From: Octopus vulgaris
Lineage: Eukaryota
Length of the DNA stretch: 64,000 nt
NCBI GenBank assembly: GCA_951406725.2
Contig: OX597829.1
Location: forward strand, 6,696,001-6,760,000
Direction: 5' to 3'
Shown: positions 1-13,022 of the stretch, in pieces
Layout of the letters: every line of letters starts with the position of its first letter
How positions within the stretch are numbered: the stretch's first letter is position 1
The notes under the pieces: model-generated
Seen by the model: the letters and a program-made list of their open reading frames with translations, nothing else
The model's database searches: none
Told to the model about the DNA's origin: nothing
Made by a program: the position numbers and the translations under genes

Positions 1-396
1 TCTAACGGTGAATGGATACAACGTCTTAGATACATATATGCACATATAACCTTATACATATACACAAGTACACACAATCATATAGACACTTACACATACT
101 CACAAATATACGTATAATCTTAAAGTATACACACATTATCGCTCATCCATCTCTACATATATATATGCATATACATACACACACACATATATATATATAT
201 ATGTATTTATACATACATACATACACACATGCACACATTTATATATATGTATTGATACATACATACACACATACATATATATGTACATATATATGACACT
301 CTTTTCAAGGACAACGGTTAAAATTTAAATTTGCTTTATTTTATTCTATTTATTCTTTTTTATATATTTTTATTTCTTTTATTATTTTTTTATATG

Positions 397-427
<31 letters not shown>

Positions 428-791
428 CATATATATATTTACACATACTCATATATGAATGCATGCACCAATACTTGGTATGATAACAAGAAATTTCACT
501 GTGTGATGTTTGTTGTAAGAACGAATTGTGTAAGGCATTCAAGAAAATCCTGCACACAACTGGCCTTAAGATCAAGGTTGTAGAAAAGACAGGTAGGACT
601 ATCAAATCTGTATAAATACTCACATACATACGTAAGTACATAAGTACAAACATACATACATACATACGTACATACATTCATACATACATACATACATGTA
701 CACACATACATACGTACATAAATACATACATACTTACATACTTACATACGCACATACATACATACATACATACATACATACATACATACAT

Positions 792-831
<40 letters not shown>

Positions 832-844
832 ACATACGTACATA

Positions 845-1080
845 TATATCATGAACTAACTTTTACTTTCTCAGATGCAGCACTAAGTTTTGTCAGTGAA
901 GAGGTCGCGGTCTGAAAGCGACGAAAATATTTTGACAAATTAAATTTAAATGTTGAAGTGAATCTAACGGTTTTTGTGTGTTTCTTTAATGGCTTATAAA
1001 CACCTTCCATGCTGCAATTGTTTTCGTTCCAGCACACGATCTCAGATCAGGTCACTCGCTATGCAAGTACATCTCCGTAA
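845..1080 (+). mobile_element. Short interspersed repeat (family A) with atypical hammerhead-like motif; 3' end fused to (TA)n
   Basis: Near-identical copies at 26043-26270, 49662-49997 and 51061-51399 (reverse), inverted fragment at ~25905-25967; ends ...gtacatctccgtaa(TA)n; motif TTTGTCA-GTGAAGA-g-GTCGC..GCGAC-GAAA-ATAT-TT-TGACAAA at 889-939. Confidence 0.75.
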
Positions 1081-1091
1081 TATATATATAT

Positions 1092-1620
1092 ATTTACATA
1101 ATTAAAAAAATTGCATTTCTAATTGTCTCAGACAGACTTATACAGTAGCAGTACAATAAAGTGATGGTTTGTTGCCAATTTAATGTGGAAGTCCTAGGAA
1201 ATGGAAGAATGCTATTGCTATTTAGCCTTAAGAAACATCGCTTCCAGTTGGCTATCTGATACAAGCGTTCTGTGTCCTTACGTTTTCAAACAGAGGACAT
1301 AAGCATCTCCACCCAGCAAAGTCGACTTCCAGAGACCAGTTCCAGCATCGTTGCTCTTCATTAGTCTGGAGTAGCTTCGTTTGCTAGCTGTCGATGCTTA
1401 TTCGCCTTTAAAAACTTATAGAAGTTAAAGTGAAAACTTAAGGACACAGATCGCAGTGGCATTCTTCCCTTTCTTGGGCAACAAACCATCACATCATTGT
1501 ACTGCTACTGTATAAGTCTGTCTGAGAGATTTAGAAATGCAATATTTCTTATTTTGTAGATCAGTGAATTTATTTCTCTTGAAATTCTATAAGCTTTCAA
1601 AGGCGAATAAGCATCGACAG
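1092..1620. mobile_element. Fold-back (palindromic) element, family B
   Basis: 1092-1176 is the reverse complement of ~1477-1545; second inverted pair 1388-1423/1585-1621; core homologous to 13023-13480, 33446-33903 and 48090-48475. Confidence 0.65.
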
Positions 1621-2431
1621 CACGCTAAGTGTCCCAGGTGCTGTGGTGGTTTTAGAAGTGCTGAGTAGCGAATGTCATGTCATGCTGGATACATTGAAGT
1701 TTTTAAGCCTTGGTTGAAATACGCAGTAGAAGGGCATAGGTATTTCGAGGGGCTTTAGCAAGTTCTCACAAACCTCATGTAACAAAAGAATTGACGTCTG
1801 ATGATTTTTAAGATGATTTTCCAGCAAAATTGAGAACTTGAAAGTTGCTAGATTTAAATTCCAGGGACAATTACGTTTAGTGCATTGTTGAAAGAGATAT
1901 CAGTCAACATTCACATAACAGCAGAGCTTCACTAAGGGTCGCTATTGTCTAAGTGAGGTCCGACTTAAATACAGACCAGTTAGGACAGCCATATAAAAAA
2001 TTATGGCCCTAAAATTAAGCGGACATCTAAGCGGGTGGTGCATTCCGAGAATAATATTATATAAAAGCAAAAACTCCATCGAAAACATGGGCACAGATAT
2101 TTTGTATTGTTTTACAATACATTCGGTTACTGCTATATTAGTTTTAAATCACCAAGTATAACGACGCATGGATTTGTGTGTGTGCGTGTGTATTTGTGTA
2201 GGCACGCAAGTGTCTATAAAAAAATGAGCACAGACACACACACGTGTACAGCCATAAATATGAGTTTGCGAATGAACCTGATATGCGCGCACGCATTAAG
2301 TGTACGTAATGCTAACAGGAAAATCACTCCTTTCATTAATATTTTTCCCTCGAACTTTTATAGCTATTACAAAATCAATTCTTAGAAAGAACATCTACTA
2401 ACAGCACTATAACCACAACAACTACTACTAC

Positions 2432-2508
<77 letters not shown>

Positions 2509-2578
2509 ATAGTAGTAATAACAGTAGTAGTAGTAGTAGTAGTAGTAATAGTAGTAATAGTAGTAGTAATAGTAGTAA

Positions 2579-2640
<62 letters not shown>
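2432..2640. repeat. (TAG)n/(TAGTAA) microsatellite
   Basis: Directly visible; explains the poly-Y ORF. Confidence 0.97.
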
Positions 2641-2890
2641 CTGCTGCTGCTGCAAGTACAGTTGATGCTACTGCTACTACTACTCCAACTACACTACCAG
2701 TAGTAATGATGATGATAATAATAATATATCTGTATACTACGATTCACTTTTCACTAGGCTTTGTATTTCCGCTATCGATGTGTCGAAGAGAGTCTTTCTA
2801 AACATGTTAATACGTAAAAACTATATCTGCATGTATATTTGAGCAGTCATGCATATAGGCAAAAGTATGTGTTTACACGTGATTGAACAA

Positions 2891-2922
<32 letters not shown>

Positions 2923-2966
2923 AGGGTGTAAATATATATAGATAAATGTATGCAAATATATATATA

Positions 2967-3296
2967 AATATATAGATAGATAGATAAATATGTATATGAA
3001 TATGTGTACGTATAAATATATACATGTATATGTACATGTATATATATATAAAATTTAATAAGGGTAGAAATTGATATTAGTCAATTAAAACTGAACACGT
3101 GTTCAGTCCTTTAAATTTGTATGTAAAAATATTTTAATCTTCGGATTTTTTTTAATATGATGGGCCACTTGTTTTAATTGACTAATATCAATTTCTACCC
3201 TTATTAAATTTTATATATATATACATATACATATACATGTATATATTTATACGTACACATATTCATATACATATTTATCTATCTATCTATATATTT
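2967..3296. repeat. Inverted duplication (~125-bp arms) containing the retrozyme-type 3' end motif plus microsatellite flank
   Basis: 2967-3091 is nearly the reverse complement of 3171-3296; arm contains gttttaattgactaatatcaatttctacccttattaaatt(TA)n. Confidence 0.75.
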
Positions 3297-4899
3297 CCAA
3301 CCGTCGATTTATTACCTCCTCATACAGTTGCAACTATTTCTTTCACACTCACACCTATCTCTTTTATTTCGAGCTAGAATAAGCCTCAGAAGTACGTGCA
3401 CACACACACGCATACACACACACACACGTAATGCATACATACATACATACACACATACATGCATACATGCATACATACATACATGCATACATACAAACAT
3501 ACATGCATAAACAGAGACCATTCAACATTAAATATGCAGGTGTAGAGGACCGTTTACAATTTATGTTTAAACATTTTCTTCTACAATTATGTTGGATCCT
3601 CCAGCCTAAATCACCAACTGGTTTATTTCTCCAATTATAAATAAAAGGAACACCTTTCATTTAACAATGTCGTGTAATTCAACCGGATTTTTGTAAAATA
3701 TACCGTACACTGCATGGAATTTTGCTAACCCGACCATAGCTGAAATCAATAACAAAGCCAACAGCTGTTTAAGAAGATGTATGTAGTATAATTTTACTTG
3801 CACCCGACATTTAAACCAAGATCTACTTCGATGCTGGGAAAAGCCCCCTCTAACGGATGTATGAAGGTGAAGACCTTTCAACCGGATAAATGAAGCGGTA
3901 ACGAAACAGCTTCGGCAATAAGAAACTTCTTTTTCCAAAAAATGGTTGTCCTTGTGATTTAAATCCATCTCCTCAAAAACATTGAGACCTGGCTGGAATT
4001 TGCCTGACTCGAGATGGAAAATAATGTAAACAAACCACTGCCACCATCGCTAAATTCACATGTCTCTCCAAATAAAACCGATCACCAGAGACAACTATGG
4101 ATTATATTCAACTTGAAAACATTCGTTGAAAACTTTTTTCTACTTTTTTCGAAACAATCGTTAAGCGACAGGCCGTTCTTCACAAGATTAAGAAAACATC
4201 CAGTAACTTTAATGTCAGTTGTAAACGATGTCGCTTGGATGTCTTTCGTTCCATGTCCCAACCTGAATGATTCAAAATCTCTTTTGAGAGATGGAGCTTT
4301 CTTAAAAGTGATATCTTCCTTCCTATTCTCTGTATAATGTCAGTAAGCTAGAATCTAACACGTGATTTATACAGGCCCGTTCAAAAATTCGCCTATGGTA
4401 GCGAATGTTTCACTCAGCGTCTTGAATTCGTGTTTTAGATTAATCAACCTTCCCTAAAGTGCTTGCCGTGAAGACTTACCTTAGAGTTTGTTAATTTGTT
4501 CATAAGATGTAATTGGTGATGTAAACTAATTACTTCTCTTATATTTTATTATCGTTGTTAACCAGCCAATATGGCAGCGCAGAATTTTCATGCTTACTTC
4601 AAGTATGGTTTTCCATTTAGTTTAGTAGTTTCGTTATTATGTATACTGCAGATTTTTCCTAGATGTTCTTTAAAAGTGATAGCAGCTGTGTATATGAAAG
4701 TATTAATGTTATAATAAATTATCATCATGTGATTCCATGTTGGGACATGGAACGAAAGAGAGATTTCAGGATTTCAAACTTAGTGCATTGTGACTCAATG
4801 CAACTTTCACCATAGCTACAAGCAAACTGTTTAATAGGAGGGCAAAGGGAAGGGAACGAACAGATACTGCTACAAGAGCCTGATATTTTACAGAAAACC

Positions 4900-6450
4900 A
4901 CTAATGTATGTATATATATTTTGCAAAGCACTATGGAAGGTTTGCCAAATTGGATTGCTATAACGTGGACAAATCTTATAGGCAAGACTGAAACCTTGCC
5001 TGATGACTACAAGTCTGTTTCTTGCCTAAACGTTATGTACAAATTGTACACAAGCGGCATTAACCAATTCCCCCAGGATCATTGTGAGTCTAACAACATA
5101 GTGACTTATGAGCAGGCAGATAGACAGAAGGGAGCAGGGATATGTGCCGAACAACTTCTGATGCACAAGCTGTAGAGTTCGAAGAGAAGAAACGCTGTTT
5201 GAGCTTTGCAGCAGTATGGCTTGATTAAAGGCATTCTATTCTATACCTAACTCATGGCTGCTGAAGTGTCTACGTTTTGCAGCGTGCCTGCTGCCGTAAT
5301 TGCTACAATTGAGAGTCTCGGAAAGAACTGAACAACAATTCTTACACTTAGAACTAAGAACGGACGATCGTTTCCAACGTTATAAATATTTCAAGGGAAT
5401 GTTCCAACGAGATACTCTTTCAGTAATTCTCTTCATTTTGGCATTAAATCCATCATAATTCTTGCTACAATAAACATCTGACTGCTTGCTAAGGTCTGCA
5501 ACTGCTAGAGATATTAATGTAATCCATAATTCCTTTGTGAATGACCTCAAGGCTTATTCTAAAAATGTTTACAATGCCAAAAGACCGCTGGAATTAATAA
5601 CATTTTAAGCTGACATAGGAATGGAATTTGACCAAAACAAATGTTCATATTTCATTGTCGAAAGCGGAAAATGTGTCCCCCATATCCAAAAACCTGTGCA
5701 TCAATGGTTTCCTAATTTCCCCTGTTTTACACATAGAATACTACAACTACTTAAGTATTGATGAAAACATATACGATGGTGTCTTAAATAAAGATTGTGA
5801 CCCGTGAATATGAACCAGACTTAGGAACTATGGGATCGGAACTCTCCTCTTACAACAAGACAGTAACTTACTATGCATTTTCAGTGCCAATACTGATTCC
5901 AGCATTTGGGATACTTTCTCTATAAGAAATCCATTTCATTAATACTAAAATCCGTTGGATCCTGACATCAATTGGAAATCTCTTGAGAAAATAGTCTCTA
6001 TCTAATAAGAGATAACGGAGGTATAGGCTTGAGAACAGTGCAGATAGTCTTCGAATGTCGAATAACTTCACTCAGACAGCAAAAATAAATACAGCACTGA
6101 AAAGTGAAGAGAATAATATCCTACGCGCCATTAGCAAATTCCTTAGGAAACAAACTGTAACTGATGAACTCCAATACAATCCCCTAATTTCCGGACTGAC
6201 ATACCTCAAAGAAGACCTGTTTGTGAAACGTTCATCATACGAAAAGAAGAATAGGCAAGGGTATTTTTTCCGAAGACTTGAATATGACAATAATATCGAC
6301 AAGAAGAGCAGCCTCTCTTCGACTCGTTACCTTTACATCACATCATAAATTGAAAGCTATGTATTTTCAATCCAAGAACAGGAGATTGTTACGAAATACC
6401 CAATGAACAAAAGAGACAGTGAAGTCCTTGGAGCTCCAAGATGTAACCGA
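4900..6450 (+). mobile_element. Decayed non-LTR retrotransposon RT, R4/Dong-like
   Basis: Frameshifted RT motifs: DYKSVSCLNVMYKLYT, GAGICAEQLL, GMFQRDTLSVILFILALNP, FVNDLKAY, DIGMEFDQNKC, and C-terminal SIQEQEIVTKY typical of R4/Dong elements. Confidence 0.75.
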
Positions 6451-6571
6451 AAATGTTTAGAAAATATTTTTCATTTTTAACCTCGTAGATAGTACGCACT
6501 AGGGAATTTGACCTTTAAATTTTGGGGGAAATGCTGATTATACTCGAGAATTTACGGTACATAAATATAGT

Positions 6572-6729
6572 GGCGTAGTTGTGTGGTAAGCAGCTTGCTT
6601 CCCAACCACATGGTTACGAGTTCAGTCTCACTGTGTGGCATCTTGACCAGGGGTCTTTTACTATAGCCTCGAGCTGACCAATGCCTTGTGAGTGGATTTG
6701 GTAGAGGGAAACCGAAAGACACCCGTCGC

Positions 6730-6730
<1 letters not shown>
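6572..6730 (+). mobile_element. tRNA-derived SINE, 5' half
   Basis: A/B-box-like head (ggcgtagttgtgtggtaag...gagttcagtc) and conserved gtgagtggatttggtagagggaaaccgaaaga block shared with 24478 and 26660 copies. Confidence 0.8.
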
Positions 6731-6816
<86 letters not shown>

Positions 6817-7119
6817 TGTGTGTTTGTGTCTCTGTGTGTGTGTGCGTGTGTGTATCATCATCATCATTTAACATACATTTTCCACGCTTGCATGGGTTAG
6901 ATGAAATTTGTTGAGGCAGAATTTCTACAACCAGACATACTTCCTGTTCCTAACTCTCATCCATTTCCAAACAAAGTAATATTTCCTATGATCAGACATG
7001 TTTTTCTGTAGAAGACAAGAAACAATGTATGATGGCAATGTCTTCTGTCAACGATTCTATTGAAATTTAAATACAATATTTAATAACAGTACAAATATAC
7101 ACAGCTATAAATCAGGTTG

Positions 7120-8470
7120 CATTTCTTTAGAGGATTGCTGGTAATCCATCAAGATCCGCGGCTGAGTTTGAGCACATTTCATCAATGGCTAACATCACGG
7201 CTGGTTTCCTCTATTTTGATGCTATAAATAGTTGCCATTTCGTTGTGTAGGGCTGAGAATCCAAAGAACTCATCAGGCATGGCTACTTGCAAATGTTCCA
7301 ATGGAGTGGTGAAAACACTCTTATAATGCATGTCCAGTATCTCACTGATCCTCTAGGGTTCTGCAGTCGGCGAGCCATTTTCTTCGAATAGTGACCCTAT
7401 TTTGTACCGTACTGAAGCAGTCATTTTTGCATATCTGTAGAAGGCTTTAGGGTTTGTCTGTATTTCTGACAGCCCTGGTTTCTTTACCTGTCCCATCTTT
7501 TTCAAGGCAGTGTTTAGGCTCATTCTTGATCTCGAGCAATATTTGTTTGACACTGGATCCATTGCTATTCTTCAGTGGCCCATTTAGAATGTTTGAAGTT
7601 TTTGCTCATCGTTTCATTAGAATCCTCCTATCACTGAGAATTATATTTTTCTGTTGGTTTGGTATTTTCTATGGAGAAAACTTACTGCATAAAGTGTTGT
7701 AACTTTGTCTATATCTACTTGCGTACATAGACTGACAGATCAGTTTCATTCCATTATCTCTTTCTCAATACCCTTCTAATCAGCTTTGTAAAACTTCAGA
7801 CTGGAGTACTGTTGGGTTCCTCTTGTAGCCTACATGTCTGTAGTCTTCTTGAACCATACATTGTTGGTTTTATTAAATTATAGCCCAAAAAACTCGTTAG
7901 TGTCACTTTAACCTTTTTGGATGAGATCCGTGTTATTTGTGAAGCAGAAGTCCAGGATATGTTTCCCCTTTGTTGGGTGGAGCACTATTTGCTCCATAAA
8001 GAGCATGTTCGTGGTGGTTCTTTCAGACATGCCAAAAAGAGACTCTGCATGCCTCAGGCCTGGCAGTGACATACCTGAGAGAAGGCATCCCTCAGACCAT
8101 TCGATATAAGGGAGGTTGAAAGCCCTTAGAAATATGTGCAGGCTGTTATCCAGGTTTGTTGAAACTTCTTTAATTTCTTGGAGACTCTCTTCAAATGAGT
8201 CCCCATGATTTGGAGTGAATGTTGGGCGATAAGTGGTACATATTACTATTTTCATATGTTTAATGTGTACCACCAGATTTTCGCTGAGTACGTTTGGGTG
8301 TGACATCAGGACCACAGGCGTGGCATCTTCTCGAAAGTACAATGCTACTCCAACATGAATTCTTCCTTTCCCGTCAGTTCGAAACACAACATATTTTGGT
8401 ATGTGTATCTCGGCATCTCATATATCCACGTTTAGATGTGTTTCTATTAGCCACTCATACTGATTCATGA
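7120..8470 (-). mobile_element. Decayed CR1-type LINE ORF2 (APE endonuclease plus linker)
   Basis: 7908-8387 reads VGVALY...TYRP...FNLPYIEW...PTKGKHILDFCFTN (APE); KAFYRYAK...IGSL and AIDEMCSNSAADLDGLPAIL match the ORF at 14696. Confidence 0.85.
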
Positions 8471-8840
8471 CGTGTCACAAAGTCTCTGAGACACAGTGTT
8501 TTGCGTTGTTGGGACTTTACAAGGACCCTGATGTTCAGCAAAAATACTGGTGTACATTTAGGGTATCGGTAATAGACATTGGTTTTACTTGTGTAGAGGT
8601 GTCAGAGATGGCCACCTTGGCCCCTGTGTTGCTTCAGGTGGCTGCCAATACTAGTAAGAGTTCCTCATATTGGTTGTCAAGTGAAACCAGGTCAGTTGCT
8701 TACAATCTTCTGTCCAACCTCGCAAAAATTCTCTTGTTTCTTCCTACGAGCTGTGCATGTGCTATCCACTACTTCCGATTTGGTACTGCTACTGTTAACT
8801 TCTCGCTCAGAGATTTAATGTTGAATACACATATGTAATT

Positions 8841-8912
<72 letters not shown>

Positions 8913-9045
8913 ATAAATATTAGGAAATAAATCCAAATTTACAGGGAAAAATCAGATTAAGGATTGAATCCAATTTTATAGTAAAATATAATATAATATT
9001 AAGTCTTTCTTTGTTTGATTTGCACAATAGTGGTTTTGTCTCTAA

Positions 9046-9129
<84 letters not shown>

Positions 9130-9147
9130 TATATATGTACATATATG

Positions 9148-9181
<34 letters not shown>

Positions 9182-9189
9182 TATATACA

Positions 9190-10615
9190 TTTACTAGGGT
9201 TAGAATCATTATGAAAATAAGGTAATTTTTTCGTTAATTGAAGAAATAATTTGAGACAAGCTATTTCATACAGAAAGGCAACATTAAGAAATCTAGGGTT
9301 AATAACATCATAATATCTATGTTCTGTTATAAAGTATTTATAAAAAAGTTTGTATAAGGCCCCGACCAAATTAATCTTAATTTGATTGGGGAATTGGATT
9401 ATAAACAAAATATTGTCGCTCATATCAGGTGATACATTATAATTTTCAAATTTTCGAACCTTATTAAATATACAAGGAGTTTGATTTTTTATTCTATTAC
9501 TCATATTCCCAATCGTATGGCGATAATTAGAAGATTGGAGCAATACATTGGTTCTCGTATTTTGCATCTCGTTTTCCTTATTTGGACGTTTAACCTTAAT
9601 TACCCTATCCTTATAACTATTCATAGGAATTTGTTTCAGATCTTTACTATCATGATAAACAGGCATGTTGTTAGAGAAATTGATGTTCATAATTTTAGGA
9701 AAATTCTTCAACTTTTGTTTATACTCAGATTTGTTGAGTGTCACATTATAGAAACTAGCATTTTTGTCAAAAATTTCCTTATTACACAATACATTAGGGA
9801 TTCTTTTAGAGATATTATAAACCAAAAAATTCTTTATTGAACAGGGATGATTGCTTTCTACATTCATATACTTAAGATTGGAGTTAGATTTATGGTATTG
9901 CTCAAGGTTGCCAGTAATGATATTAAGACTAACTTCGGGCATCATCCCTATATAAACCTTGCGAATTTCAGGAGAATCCCTCCCTAAGATAAAAAGAATA
10001 TAAATACCCACTAAATCTGTAACTTGGGCAAAATCTGCAGAGCCCATAGCTATGTCAAAGCCATCCCTACTATCTATGTTAGTCCAATACTGGGTTTCAA
10101 ACTCTACAATAGTTTTTCTGGCGTCTAAAATAACATTAGTTTCATTTATATTTATATTTGATTTTTCGCGAATAGAAGGGCCTTATTTAAAACTTCTTAG
10201 TTAATTAAAAAGTAATAGCTATCAATATCTATTTGGATAAATCTATTCTTGCATTTATATTTAATGCTATGGAACCAATTTATTACTACATAGCTATTAG
10301 ACCAGAGTTGTAACTTAATCTTTTCTTTAACAACCGCCATCTATTTATCCAACGTAGCTTTATTAGTTGGACATGGATAGGGCTGTAGGTATAAGAATTT
10401 CATATTATACTGCTTTGAACATCTTTGAAACAAAACTTATGTTTATATATGAATTACTCCATCTTCTTCTTTTTCTCATTCATTGATATCTTAAATACCA
10501 ATATATATCAATACAAAACTAACGTTTAGAGTCTTTTACTGAACTGATATAAATCGGAGTACTAGGACATCCTTTAAAGGATTATAGATTCTTGGTAGCC
10601 CACCTTATGGGAATA
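9190..10615 (-). mobile_element. Decayed Penelope-like element reverse transcriptase
   Basis: GFDIAMGSADFAQVTDLVGIYIL (PLE FDVxMGSxDGAE motif) and YHKSNSNLKYMNVESNHPCSIKNFLVYNISKRI...EIFDKNASFYNVTLNKSEY (PLE thumb); catalytic DD region appears deleted. Confidence 0.8.
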
Positions 10616-10794
10616 ACAATCAACTACTGTCATTCAAATTCAAAATGACTGACGACTAGCATCACGCTTGAAACTCAAGTGTACCAACGAATTTGATTCA
10701 AACTGTTTTGATCTATAACTGTTTTGATCTATACATGTAACACCCAATAAATTTGTTGAGCACCATTTTTCATTTGTCTACTCACTCGTATATG

Positions 10795-10899
<105 letters not shown>

Positions 10900-11052
10900 C
10901 GAACTTGTGTAAATGTGCATAGCATAATATATCAGTTGCATAATGTTAAAAGAGAGACTGGTTTTTGTATTTGTTATTGTAATAAAATTTTGTTTTTACA
11001 ATGTTGAAGCGTGTTAAACATTAAGAAAATATTTTGTAATTTTCACAAAGTT

Positions 11053-11092
11053 CAATTAGCGCTTTCATACGTTCGTAGTAATCATCAGATAG
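11053..11092 (-). ncRNA. Minimal type-I hammerhead ribozyme motif in a probable PLE pseudo-LTR
   Basis: Minus strand CTAT-CTGATGA-tTAC tacgaac GTAt-GAAA-GCGC-TA-ATTG; intact core, palindromic stem III (AGCGCT), weak stem I. Confidence 0.6.
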
Positions 11093-11154
11093 CGAAATGT
11101 ATTTAACTGACAGTTGAGTTCTTGACAACTGTTATAAAATGACTGACTTCTTCC

Positions 11155-11215
11155 TTTTTATACCTCTTAGAAGACTCCGGCAAGCTGAAGTTTTGGAAGA
11201 TAGTTTTGACCAATC
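11155..11215 (-). promoter_or_regulatory. Putative Pol II promoter (CCAAT plus TATA) upstream of the hammerhead
   Basis: Minus strand GATTGG (11215-11210) then TATAAAAA (11162-11155), ~65 nt upstream of the HHR. Confidence 0.35.
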
Positions 11216-11607
11216 TGCATCAGCTTAAACGTCACGATATTACTGGCATAATTTCCGCCTTTATTTTAACTAGTTAGCGTGCGGTTTACATGTAATGGTT
11301 TTTGAGTGAGCAGATTTAGTTGGTTTCGATCGTTTTTATTTCAATTGGTGAGAGTCTTCTGTAATTTGTTCATATTCACATGTGAAAGATATTTTCTAAT
11401 CTACATCATTAACTGGTTGTGATACTATTGTTGTTATTTGTGTTCAGAACGGGTTTCAACATTTTAACAAAACCTTTGTCCTTTTATCTTTCTTCCAACC
11501 TCATTTGCGTCATATACTTTTGGGAAATGAAAAATTAGAAACATTTTCTGACCACTTGTTTCTATATTTTCGCTCAATGGAATTTGGCTACATTAGTGTC
11601 CCGGATT

Positions 11608-11673
<66 letters not shown>

Positions 11674-11732
11674 TGTGAGAGAGATAAATATATATATGTA
11701 TGTATGTATATAAATATATATGTGTATATATG

Positions 11733-11769
<37 letters not shown>

Positions 11770-11774
11770 CATAC

Positions 11775-11821
<47 letters not shown>

Positions 11822-11822
11822 C

Positions 11823-11875
<53 letters not shown>

Positions 11876-11882
11876 AACACAT

Positions 11883-12610
11883 ACACGACAGAAGTAAACA
11901 GACACCCCTTAAAACATTGTTTTATGTTAATTCTAACTTGTAAAGGTTTATATTTTTATTAATTGATATTTTTACGCTTCGGGTTTTATATGTGACTGTT
12001 TGAGCATGCCATGTACAAAAGAAGCCTTGGGAGTCTCTGAATTTCAAAGAGGCTGTATTGTTGGTATTTCTGAAGGTGGACATAATCAGCGTAAAATTAC
12101 AGGAAGCCTTTGGATCCTGCTTTCTATAGTTAATTCACCGGAGAGAGGAATGAGTCCGCTTCACCTCAAACCGATCAACCAGGGCTCTCTGATAGGATCC
12201 TTTGCTTTGCTAAGAGAAGTGTGGATGATAATCCTCGTTGCTAGGCTTCTGACATAGAACAAGTTGATGCCCGTCCAGCTGTCAGGTATCTTCACAAACT
12301 TGTTTACTATGGCAGAGCAACAAGAATGAAGCCACTTCTTCGACCAGCCGGCATCAAGCGGAGAAAAGATTCGGTCACTAAAATTTTAGGACACTGTCAT
12401 GTTCTCTGGTGAGTCCAAGTTTGCCAAATTTCCTGAGAGTGGTCGAGTGTGGGTCTGGAGAATATTATCAAGAATTTGATATGAAAAGATTGCGGCCAAT
12501 AATGAAACACGGCAGCATTTATGTGATGGTCTGGGGTGCAATTTGTAGCAATGATCAATCAGAGCTGGTGGAGTGTGAGGGAAACATAAATTCAGACAAT
12601 AATGTTTTCA
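11883..12610 (+). mobile_element. Decayed Tc1-family transposase
   Basis: VSEFQRGCIVG...GHNQRKI (paired-like HTH start), KPLLRP, KHGSIYVMVWGAIC...LVECEGNINS (Tc1 DDE region); frameshifted and 3'-truncated. Confidence 0.85.
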
Positions 12611-12795
12611 TAACACTATCCCTAACCCAAAATATTAAATATTCACATTATAACAACTAATAGATAATTTGAAAGTATAATTTTAGATTTGAATACATTG
12701 TAATGATTATAAGGGTGTTTATTTACTTCATTCATGTCTGTGTATATATATGTATATATGCAAATATGTGTGTGTGGTGCATGTGTATAGATGTG

Positions 12796-12852
<57 letters not shown>

Positions 12853-13022
12853 GTATGTATACATGTGTATGTATACATATATTCATATGTATATATGTGT
12901 ATGTATGTATATATGTATATATATACCTATATATGTGCCACTGTATACATATATCTGTATATATGCATATATATATACATGTAGACGTATTTCTATAAGG
13001 TAGACTATGGTAGCGGTACTGG

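Noticed and set aside
1625-2100. Possible LINE RT fragment
   Set aside because: Only a vague GSLLS-like motif; insufficient support
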